In this document: positions 53,019-64,000 of the stretch, piece after piece
Layout of the letters: each line of letters starts with the position of its first letter
Numbering within the stretch: position 1 is the first letter of the stretch
NCBI GenBank assembly: GCA_964057225.1
Contig: OZ059900.1
Location: forward strand, 14,756,001-14,820,000
Reading direction: 5' to 3'
From: Auanema rhodensis
Lineage: Eukaryota > Animalia > Nematoda
Length of the DNA: 64,000 nt
The notes under the pieces: generated by a model
What the model was told of the DNA's origin: nothing
Seen by the model: the letters and a program-made list of their open reading frames with translations, nothing else
Databases searched by the model: none
Position numbers and translations under genes: made by a program

Positions 53019-56000
53019 TTGAATTCGCACTTAGAAACTTTCATTAAGAGTGTGAGTTTGAATTATAGTAGAAAAATGAAACACTGTCTCTAACATATCT
53101 TGATTTATGGCCTACTTTACTCAAAGAGCTAATTGGATTTGGTGTTAGAATGAACAATTGATTAACGCTGACGTTTTAATTTTTTTCATCGTAATTAAGA
53201 TAGAACACTTAAATAAAATAGAAATGTTTGAAAATTTAAAAAAAAATCACAAGCTCAAACCACTTTTGAAAAAGCAGAAAATTTAAAACAATCTTTTTTC
53301 TAATAATTATCGTCTTCATCCGACTTTTTGAAGAAAACAAAAATAGCATAACATTCAATAACGATGAATCCGAACAAAAACATTCTCCCCGGCCGGGAAT
53401 TGAACCCGGGTCTCGCATGTGACAGACGCGGATACTCACCACTATACTACCGAGGATTGAATTTGCACTTAGAAACTTTCATTAAGAGTGTGAGTTTGAA
53501 TTAAAGTAGAAAAATGAAACACTTTCTCTAACATATCTTGATTTATGGCCTACTTTACTCAAAGAGCTAATTGAAGTTTGGTGTTAAAATGAACAATTGA
53601 TTAACGCTGACGTTCCGTTTTTTTTTCATAGTAATTGAGATAGAACATTTAAATTAAATGGAAATGTTTAAAAATTTAGAAAAAAAACACAAGCTAAAAT
53701 CACTTTTGAAAAAACAGAAAGTTTAAAACAACCTTTTTTCTAATAATTATCTTTTTTATCCGACTTTTGGAAAAAAACAAAAATAGCATAACATTCAATA
53801 ACGATGAATCAGAACAAAAACATTCTCCCCGGCCGGGAATTGAACCCGGGTCTCGCATGTGACAGACGCGGATACTCACCACTATACTACCGAGGATTGA
53901 ATTTGCACTTAGAAACTTTCATTAAGAGTGTGAGTTTGAATTAAAGTAGAAAAATGAAACACTGTCTCTAACATATCTTGATTTATGGCCTACTTTACTC
54001 AAAGAGCTAATTGAAGTTTGGTGTTACAATTAACGATTGATAAACGCTGACGTATCAATTTTTTTCATCGTAATTAAGATAGAACACTTAAATTAAATAG
54101 AAATGTTTGAAAATTTAAAAAAAATCACAAGCTCAAACCACTTTTGAAAAAGCAGAAAGTTTAAAACAATCATTTTTCTAATAATTATCGTCTTTATCCG
54201 ACTTTTTGAAGAAAACAAAAATAGCATAACATTCAATAACGATGAATCAGAACAAAAACATTCTCCCCGTCCGGGAATTGAACCCGGGTCTCGCATGTGA
54301 CAGACGCGGATTCTCACCACTATACTACCGTGGATTGAATTCGCACTTAGAAACTTTCATTAAGAGTGTGAGTTTGAATTAAAGTAGAAAAATGAAACAC
54401 TGTCTCTAACATATCTTGATTTATGGCCTACTTTACTCAAAGAGCTAATTGAAGTTTGGTGTTAGAATGAACAATTGATTAACGCTGACGTTTCAATTTT
54501 TTTCATCGTAATTGAGATAGAACATTTAGAATTAATGGAAATGTTTAACAATTTAGAAAAAAAACACAAGCTCAAATCACTTTTGAAAAAACAGAAAGTT
54601 TAAAACAACCCTTTTTCTAATAATTATCTTTTTCATCCGACTTTTGGAAAAAAACAAAAATAGCATAACATTAAATAACGATGAATCAGAACAAAAACAT
54701 TCTCCCCGTCCGGGAATTGAACCCGGGTCTCGCATGTGACAGACGCGGATTCTCACCACTATACTACCGAGGATTGAATTTGCACTTAGAAACTTTCATT
54801 AAGAGTGTGAGTTTGAATTAAAGTAGAAAAATGAAACACTTTCTCTAACATATCTTGATTTATGGCCTACTTTACTCAAAGAGCTAATTGAAGTTTGGTG
54901 TTAAAATGAACAATTGATTAACGCTGACGTTCCGTTTTTTTTTCATAGTAATTGAGATAGAACATTTAAATTAAATGGAAATGTTTAAAAATTTAGAAAA
55001 AAAACACAAGCTAAAATCACTTTTGAAAAAACAGAAAGTTTAAAACAACCTTTTTTCTAATAATTATCTTTTTTATCCGACTTTTGGAAAAAAACAAAAA
55101 TAGCATAACATTCAATAACGATGAACCAGAACAAAAACATTCTCCCCGGCCGGGAATTGAACCCGGGTCTCGCATGTGACAGACGCGGATACTCACCACT
55201 ATACTACCGAGGATTGAATTTGCACTTAGAAACTTTCATTAAGAGTGTGAGTTTGAATTAAAGTAGAAAAATAAAACACTGTCTCTAACATATCTTGTTT
55301 TATGGCCTACTTTACTCAAAGAGCTAATTGAAGTTTGGTGTTACAATTAACGATTGATAAACGCTGACGTATCAATTTTTTTCATCGTAATTAAGATAGA
55401 ACACTTAAATTAAATAGAAATGTTCGAAAATTTAAAAAAAAATCACAAGCTCAAACCACTTTTGAAAAAGCAGAAAGTTTAAAACAATCTTTTTTCTAAT
55501 AATTATCGTCTTTATCCGACTTTTTGAAGAAAACAAAAATAGCATAACATTCAATAACGATGAATCAGAACAAAAACATTCTCCTTGGCCGGGAATTGAA
55601 CCCGGGTCTCGCATGTGACAGACGCGGATACTTACCACTATACTACCGAGGATTGAATTTGCACTTAGAAACTTTCATTAAGAGTGTGAGTTTGAATTAA
55701 AGTAGAAAAATGAAACACTTTCTCTAACATATCTTGATTTATGGCCTACTTTACTCAAAGAGCTAATTGAAGTTTGGTGTTAAAATGAACAATTGATTAA
55801 CGCTGACGTATCAATTTTTTTCATCGTAATTAAGATAGAACACTTAAACCAAATAGAAATGTTTGAAAATTTAAAAAAAAATCACAAGCTCAAATCACTT
55901 TTGAAAAAGCAGAAAGTTTAAAACAACCCTTTTTCTAATAATTATCTTTTTCATCCGACTTTTGGAAAAAAACAAAAATAGCATAACATTAAATAACGAT

Positions 56001-57776
56001 GAATCAGAACAAAAACATTCTCCCCGTCCGGGAATTGAACCCGGGTCTCGCATGTGACAGACGCGGATTCTCACCACTATACTACCGAGGATTGAATTTG
56101 CACTTAGAAACTTTCATTAAGAGTGTGAGTTTGAATTAAAGTAGAAAAATGAAACACTTTCTCTAACATATCTTGATTTATGGCCTACTTTACTCAAAGA
56201 GCTAATTGAAGTTTGGTGTTAAAATGAACAATTGATTAACGCTGACGTTCCGTTTTTTTTTCATAGTAATTGAGATAGAACATTTAAATTAAATGGAAAT
56301 GTTTAAAAATTTAGAAAAAAAACACAAGCTAAAATCACTTTTGAAAAAACAGAAAGTTTAAAACAACCTTTTTTCTAATAATTATCTTTTTTATCCGACT
56401 TTTGGAAAAAAACAAAAATAGCATAACATTCAATAACGATGAACCAGAACAAAAACATTCTCCCCGGCCGGGAATTGAACCCGGGTCTCGCATGTGACAG
56501 ACGCGGATACTCACCACTATACTACCGAGGATTGAATTTGCACTTAGAAACTTTCATTAAGAGTGTGAGTTTGAATTAAAGTAGAAAAATAAAACACTGT
56601 CTCTAACATATCTTGTTTTATGGCCTACTTTACTCAAAGAGCTAATTGAAGTTTGGTGTTACAATTAACGATTGATAAACGCTGACGTATCAATTTTTTT
56701 CATCGTAATTAAGATAGAACACTTAAATTAAATAGAAATGTTCGAAAATTTAAAAAAAAATCACAAGCTCAAACCACTTTTGAAAAAGCAGAAAGTTTAA
56801 AACAATCTTTTTTCTAATAATTATCGTCTTTATCCGACTTTTTGAAGAAAACAAAAATAGCATAACATTCAATAACGATGAATCAGAACAAAAACATTCT
56901 CCTTGGCCGGGAATTGAACCCGGGTCTCGCATGTGACAGACGCGGATACTTACCACTATACTACCGAGGATTGAATTTGCACTTAGAAACTTTCATTAAG
57001 AGTGTGAGTTTGAATTAAAGTAGAAAAATGAAACACTGTCTCTAACATATCTTGATTTATGGCCTACTTTACTCAAAGAGCTAATTGAAGTTTGGTGTTA
57101 CAATTAACGATTGATAAACGCTGACGTATCAATTTTTTTCATCGTAATTAAGATAGAACACTTAAACCAAATAGAAATGTTTGAAAATTTAAAAAAAAAT
57201 CACAAGCTCAAATCACTTTTGAAAAAGCAGAAAGTTTAAAACAATCTTTTTTCTAATAGTTATCGTTTTTATCCGACTTTTTGAAGAAAACAAAAATAGC
57301 ATAACATTCAATAACGATGAATCAGAACAAAAACATTCTCCCCGGCCGGGAATTGAACCCGGGTCTCGCATGTGACAGACGCGGATACTCACCACTATAC
57401 TACCGAGGATTGAATTTGCACTTAGAAACTTTCATTAAGAGTGTGAGTTTGAATTAAAGTAGAAAAATGAAACACTGTCTCTAACATATCTTGATTTATG
57501 GCCTACTTTACTCAAAGAGCTAATTGAAGTTTGGTGTTACAATTAACGATTGATTTACGCTGACGTTTCAATTTTTTTCATCGTAATTAAGATAGAACAC
57601 TTAAATAAAATAGAAATGTTTGAAAATTTAAAAAAAAATCACAAGCTTAAACCACTTTTGAAAAAGCAGAAAGTTTAAAACAATCTTTTTTCTAATAATT
57701 ATCGTCTTTATCCGACTTTTTGAAGAAAACAAAAATAGCATAACATTCAATAACGATGAATCAGAACAAAAACATT

Positions 57777-57848
57777 CTCCTTGGCCGGGAATTGAACCCG
57801 GGTCTCGCATGTGACAGACGCGGATACTCACCACTATACTACCGAGGA
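57777..57848 (-). tRNA. tRNA-Asp(GTC) G68A/G69A copy whose upstream spacer carries the solo LTR
   Basis: 72-nt cloverleaf; insertion begins 72 bp beyond its 5' end. Confidence 0.8.
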
Positions 57849-57920
57849 TTGAATTTGCACTTAGAAACTTTCATTAAGAGTGTGAGTTTGAATTAAAGTA
57901 GAAAAATGAAACACTGTCTC

Positions 57921-58220
57921 TGTCGCTTCGGCGAAGGTATTCGGTTGTCGGTATTCCGCTGAGAATTAATAGAACAGATAGTCAGTGGTAGAATGCTTTA
58001 TTAAAGAGAAAGTTAACAATATCAACAAAATATAGATCGTCTATACTCCGTTGAAGTAAGTTGAGGTATATCGTATTTTCCGATCCCAAAGATGAAGATA
58101 TGGGAAGGCGGGCCGAAAAGTACAATCTGAAATAGACAAAGTAAAGCAAAACGATAAAAACAAAACTGAAATGGAACAAAACATAGAAAAAAGAATAAAA
58201 AATAATCGCTAACCGCGACA
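57921..58220. mobile_element. 300-bp solo LTR-like insertion with 5-bp target-site duplication GTCTC
   Basis: TGTCGC...GCGACA termini. GTCTC at 57916-57920 and 58221-58225, versus one copy in empty units. Unit spacing here is 744 = 439+305. AATAAA occurs on both strands (57997-58002 minus; 58194-58199 plus). Confidence 0.88.
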
Positions 58221-58520
58221 GTCTCTAACATATCTTGATTTATGGCCTACTTTACTCAAAGAGCTAATTGAAGTTTGGTGTTACAATTAACGATTGATTA
58301 ACGCTGACGTTTCAATTTTTTTCATCGTAATTAAGATAGAACACTTAAATAAAATAGAAATGTTTGAAAATTTGAAAAAAAATCACAAGCTCAAACCACT
58401 TTTGAAAAAGCAGAAAGTTTAAAACAATCTTTTTTCTAATAATTATCGTCTTTATCCGATTTTTTGAAGAAAACAAAAATAGCATAACATTCAATAACAA
58501 TGAATCCGAACAAAAACATT

Positions 58521-58592
58521 CTCCCCGGCCGGGAATTGAACCCGGGTCTCGCATGTGACAGACGCGGATACTCACCACTATACTACCGAGGA
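58521..58592 (-). tRNA. tRNA-Asp(GTC), canonical
   Basis: Canonical 72-mer. Confidence 0.93.
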
Positions 58593-61500
58593 TTGAATTT
58601 GCACTTAGAAACTTTCATTAAGAGTGTGAGTTTGAATTAAAGTAGAAAAATGAAACACTGTCTCTAACATATCTTGATTTATGGCCTACTTTACTCAAAG
58701 AGCTAATTGAAGTTTGGTATTACAATTAACGATTGATAAACGCTGACGTATCAATTTTTTTCATCGTAATTAAGATAGAACACTTAAATTAAATAGAAAT
58801 GTTTGAAAATTTAAAAAAAAATCACAAGCTCAAATCACTTTTGAAAAAGCAGAAAGTTTAAAACAATCTTTTTTCTAATAATTATCGTTTTTATCCGACT
58901 TTTTGAAGAAAACAAAAATAGCATAACATTCAATAACGATGAATCAGAACAAAAACATTCTCCCCGGCCGGGAATTGAACCCGGGTCTCGCATGTGACAG
59001 ACGCGGATACTCACCACTATACTACCGAGGATTGAATTTGCACTTAGAAACTTTCATTAAGAGTGTGAGTTTGAATTAAAGTAGAAAAATGAAACACTGT
59101 CTCTAACATATCTTGATTTATGGCCTACTTTACTCAAAGAGCTAATTGAAGTTTGGTGTTACAATTAACGATTGATTAACGCTGACGTTTCAATTTTTTT
59201 CATCGTAATTAAGATAGAACACTTAAATAAAATAGAAATGTTTGAAAATTTAAAAAAAAATCACAAGCTCAAACCACTTTTGAAAAAGCAGAAAGTTTAA
59301 AACAATCTTTTTTCTAATAATTATCGTCTTTATCCGATTTTTTGAAGAAAACAAAAATAGCATAACATTCAATAACGATGAATCCGAACAAAAACATTCT
59401 CCCCGGCCGGGAATTGAACCCGGGTCTCGCATGTGACAGACGCGGATTCTCACCACTATACTACCGAGGATTGAATTTGCACTTAGAAACTTTCATTAAG
59501 AGTGTGAGTTTGAATTAAAGTAGAAAAATGAAACACTGTCTCTAACATATCTTGATTTATGGCCTACTTTACTCAAAGAGCTAATTGAAGTTTGGTATTA
59601 CAATTAACGATTGATAAACGCTGACGTATCAATTTTTTTCATCGTAATTAAGATAGAACACTTAAATTAAATAGAAATGTTTGAAAATTTAAAAAAAAAT
59701 CACAAGCTCAAATCACTTTTGAAAAAGCAGAAAGTTTAAAACAATCTTTTTTCTAATAATTATCGTTTTTATCCGACTTTTTGAAGAAAACAAAAATAGC
59801 ATAACATTCAATAACGATGAATCAGAACAAAAACATTCTCCCCGGCCGGGAATTGAACCCGGGTCTCGCATGTGACAGACGCGGATACTCACCACTATAC
59901 TACCGAGGATTGAATTTGCACTTAGAAACTTTCATTAAGAGTGTGAGTTTGAATTAAAGTAGAAAAATGAAACACTGTCTCTAACATATCTTGATTTATG
60001 GCCTACTTTACTCAAAGAGCTAATTGAAGTTTGGTATTACAATTAACGATTGATAAACGCTGACGTATCAATTTTTTTCATCGTAATTAAGATAGAACAC
60101 TTAAATTAAATAGAAATGTTTGAAAATTTAAAAAAAAATCACAAGCTCAAATCACTTTTGAAAAAGCAGAAAGTTTAAAACAATCTTTTTTCTAATAATT
60201 ATCGTTTTTATCCGACTTTTTGAAGAAAACAAAAATAGCATAACATTCAATAACGATGAATCAGAACAAAAACATTCTCCCCGGCCGGGAATTGAACCCG
60301 GGTCTCGCATGTGACAGACGCGGATACTCACCACTATACTACCGAGGATTGAATTTGCACTTAGAAACTTTCATTAAGAGTGTGAGTTTGAATTAAAGTA
60401 GAAAAATGAAACACTGTCTCTAACATATCTTGATTTATGGCCTACTTTACTCAAAGAGCTAATTGAAGTTTGGTGTTACAATTAACGATTGATTAACGCT
60501 GACGTTTCAATTTTTTTCATCGTAATTAAGATAGAACACTTAAATAAAATAGAAATGTTTGAAAATTTAAAAAAAAATCACAAGCTCAAACCACTTTTGA
60601 AAAAGCAGAAAGTTTAAAACAATCTTTTTTCTAATAATTATCGTCTTTATCCGATTTTTTGAAGAAAACAAAAATAGCATAACATTCAATAACGATGAAT
60701 CAGAACAAAAACATTCTCCCCGGCCGGGAATTGAACCCGGGTCTCGCATGTGACAGACGCGGATACTCACCACTATACTACCGAGGATTGAATTTGCACT
60801 TAGAAACTTTCATTAAGAGTGTGAGTTTGAATTAAAGTAGAAAAATGAAACACTTTCTCTAACATATCTTGATTTATGGCCTACTTTACTCAAAGAGCTA
60901 ATTGAAGTTTGGTGTTAAAATGAACAATTGATTAACGCTGACGTTCCGTTTTTTTTTCATAGTAATTGAGATAGAACATTTAAATTAAATGGAAATGTTT
61001 AAAAATTTAGAAAAAAAACACAAGCTAAAATCACTTTTGAAAAAACAGAAAGTTTAAAACAACCTTTTTTCTAATAATTATCTTTTTTATCCGACTTTTG
61101 GAAAAAAACAAAAATAGCATAACATTCAATAACGATGAATCAGAACAAAAACATTCTCCCCGGCCGGGAATTGAACCCGGGTCTCGCATGTGACAGACGC
61201 GGATACTCACCACTATACTACCGAGGATTGAATTTGCACTTAGAAACTTTCATTAAGAGTGTGAGTTTGAATTAAAGTAGAAAAATGAAACACTGTCTCT
61301 AACATATCTTGATTTATGGCCTACTTTACTCAAAGAGCTAATTGAAGTTTGGTGTTACAATTAACGATTGATAAACGCTGACGTATCAATTTTTTTCATC
61401 GTAATTAAGATAGAACACTTAAATTAAATAGAAATGTTTGAAAATTTAAAAAAAATCACAAGCTCAAACCACTTTTGAAAAAGCAGAAAGTTTAAAACAA

Positions 61501-63788
61501 TCATTTTTCTAATAATTATCGTCTTTATCCGACTTTTTGAAGAAAACAAAAATAGCATAACATTCAATAACGATGAATCAGAACAAAAACATTCTCCCCG
61601 TCCGGGAATTGAACCCGGGTCTCGCATGTGACAGACGCGGATTCTCACCACTATACTACCGTGGATTGAATTCGCACTTAGAAACTTTCATTAAGAGTGT
61701 GAGTTTGAATTAAAGTAGAAAAATGAAACACTGTCTCTAACATATCTTGATTTATGGCCTACTTTACTCAAAGAGCTAATTGAAGTTTGGTGTTAGAATG
61801 AACAATTGATTAACGCTGACGTTTCAATTTTTTTCATCGTAATTGAGATAGAACATTTAGAATTAATGGAAATGTTTAACAATTTAGAAAAAAAACACAA
61901 GCTCAAATCACTTTTGAAAAAACAGAAAGTTTAAAACAACCCTTTTTCTAATAATTATCTTTTTCATCCGACTTTTGGAAAAAAACAAAAATAGCATAAC
62001 ATTAAATAACGATGAATCAGAACAAAAACATTCTCCCCGTCCGGGAATTGAACCCGGGTCTCGCATGTGACAGACGCGGATTCTCACCACTATACTACCG
62101 AGGATTGAATTTGCACTTAGAAACTTTCATTAAGAGTGTGAGTTTGAATTAAAGTAGAAAAATGAAACACTTTCTCTAACATATCTTGATTTATGGCCTA
62201 CTTTACTCAAAGAGCTAATTGAAGTTTGGTGTTAAAATGAACAATTGATTAACGCTGACGTTCCGTTTTTTTTTCATAGTAATTGAGATAGAACATTTAA
62301 ATTAAATGGAAATGTTTAAAAATTTAGAAAAAAAACACAAGCTAAAATCACTTTTGAAAAAACAGAAAGTTTAAAACAACCTTTTTTCTAATAATTATCT
62401 TTTTTATCCGACTTTTGGAAAAAAACAAAAATAGCATAACATTCAATAACGATGAACCAGAACAAAAACATTCTCCCCGGCCGGGAATTGAACCCGGGTC
62501 TCGCATGTGACAGACGCGGATACTCACCACTATACTACCGAGGATTGAATTTGCACTTAGAAACTTTCATTAAGAGTGTGAGTTTGAATTAAAGTAGAAA
62601 AATGAAACACTGTCTCTAACATATCTTGATTTATGGCCTACTTTACTCAAAGAGCTAATTGAAGTTTGGTGTTACAATTAACGATTGATTAACGCTGACG
62701 TTTCAATTTTTTTCATCGTAATTAAGATAGAACACTTAAATAAAATAGAAATGTTTGAAAATTTAAAAAAAAATCACAAGCTCAAACCACTTTTGAAAAA
62801 GCAGAAAGTTTAAAACAATCTTTTTTCTAATAATTATCGTCTTTATCCGATTTTTTGAAGAAAACAAAAATAGCATAACATTCAATAACGATGAATCAGA
62901 ACAAAAACATTCTCCCCGGCCGGGAATTGAACCCGGGTCTCGCATGTGACAGACGCGGATACTCACCACTATACTACCGAGGATTGAATTTGCACTTAGA
63001 AACTTTCATTAAGAGTGTGAGTTTGAATTAAAGTAGAAAAATGAAACACTTTCTCTAACATATCTTGATTTATGGCCTACTTTACTCAAAGAGCTAATTG
63101 AAGTTTGGTGTTAAAATGAACAATTGATTAACGCTGACGTTCCGTTTTTTTTTCATAGTAATTGAGATAGAACATTTAAATTAAATGGAAATGTTTAAAA
63201 ATTTAGAAAATATCACAAGCTAAAATCACTTTTGAAAAAACAGAAAGTTTAAAACAACCTTTTTTCTAATAATTATCTTTTTTATCCGACTTTTGGAAAA
63301 AAACAAAAATAGCATAACATTCAATAACGATGAATCAGAACAAAAACATTCTCCCCGGCCGGGAATTGAACCCGGGTCTCGCATGTGACAGACGCGGATA
63401 CTCACCACTATACTACCGAGGATTGAATTTGCACTTAGAAACTTTCATTAAGAGTGTGAGTTTGAATTAAAGTAGAAAAATGAAACACTGTCTCTAACAT
63501 ATCTTGATTTATGGCCTACTTTACTCAAAGAGCTAATTGAAGTTTGGTGTTACAATTAACGATTGATAAACGCTGACGTATCAATTTTTTTCATCGTAAT
63601 TAAGATAGAACACTTAAATTAAATAGAAATGTTTGAAAATTTAAAAAAAATCACAAGCTCAAACCACTTTTGAAAAAGCAGAAAGTTTAAAACAATCATT
63701 TTTCTAATAATTATCGTCTTTATCCGACTTTTTGAAGAAAACAAAAATAGCATAACATTCAATAACGATGAATCAGAACAAAAACATT

Positions 63789-63860
63789 CTCCCCGTCCGG
63801 GAATTGAACCCGGGTCTCGCATGTGACAGACGCGGATTCTCACCACTATACTACCGTGGA
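63789..63860 (-). pseudogene. Last tRNA-Asp copy in window (T4A/T23A/C66A allele)
   Basis: Plus strand ccccgtcc, ggattctc, accgtgga. Confidence 0.7.
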
Positions 63861-64000
63861 TTGAATTCGCACTTAGAAACTTTCATTAAGAGTGTGAGTT
63901 TGAATTAAAGTAGAAAAATGAAACACTGTCTCTAACATATCTTGATTTATGGCCTACTTTACTCAAAGAGCTAGTTGAAGTTTGGTGTTAGAATGAACAA

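Larger units (their letters stand above)
7265..64000 (-). repeat. Tandem array of ~437-440-bp units, each containing one tRNA-Asp gene (129 copies in window; array continues past the right edge)
   Basis: Direct head-to-tail repetition. Each tRNA spans E-57..E+14, where E is the upper coordinate of the corresponding 'MVSIRV/MVRIRV' pseudo-ORF. Eight further copies lack such an ORF (7383, 40762, 45591, 47784, 48224, 49101, 49540, 50853), plus 52166. Confidence 0.98.

Noticed and set aside
57982-58231. Short ORFs inside the 300-bp insertion
   Set aside because: Low-complexity Phe-rich translations of T-rich LTR sequence; one crosses the insertion boundary.
7698-63846. ~120 near-identical 60-77 aa minus-strand ORFs (MVSIRVCHMRDPGSIPG...)
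   Set aside because: They start at a GTG inside the tRNA D loop and read through the tRNA and T-rich spacer; their lengths vary with homopolymer slippage. They are not protein genes.
7265-64000. CRISPR-like repeat/spacer array
   Set aside because: Spacers are near-identical rather than unique, the conserved part is a tRNA gene, there are no cas genes, and the context is eukaryotic.

Overview
Eukaryotic DNA, very probably from a nematode. The tRNA matches the nematode-type tRNA-Asp(GTC) as I recall it, and TTTCAG splice-acceptor motifs are present. The window has two parts. (1) 1-~7193 is the 3' part of a Ty3/Gypsy LTR retroelement on the + strand. A single reading frame runs 1-6216 and is broken only by two in-frame TAA codons (328-330 and 3067-3069). 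It encodes a herpesvirus gB-like (class III fusion) envelope protein with a mucin-like segment and a TM helix, fused directly UPSTREAM of protease-RT-RNase H-integrase. A 3' UTR, a pre-PPT hairpin, a purine tract and a probable 3' LTR follow. (2) ~7265-64000 is a head-to-tail array of ~439-bp units, running off the right edge. Each unit carries one minus-strand tRNA-Asp gene with a T5 Pol III terminator; I count 129 copies. The array has higher-order repeats, regional haplotype domains with amplified defective alleles, one anticodon-switched (ATC) copy, two internal deletions and one 300-bp solo-LTR-like insertion with a 5-bp TSD about 70 bp upstream of a tRNA gene. The ~120 short ORFs over the array are artefacts of the tRNA repeat.
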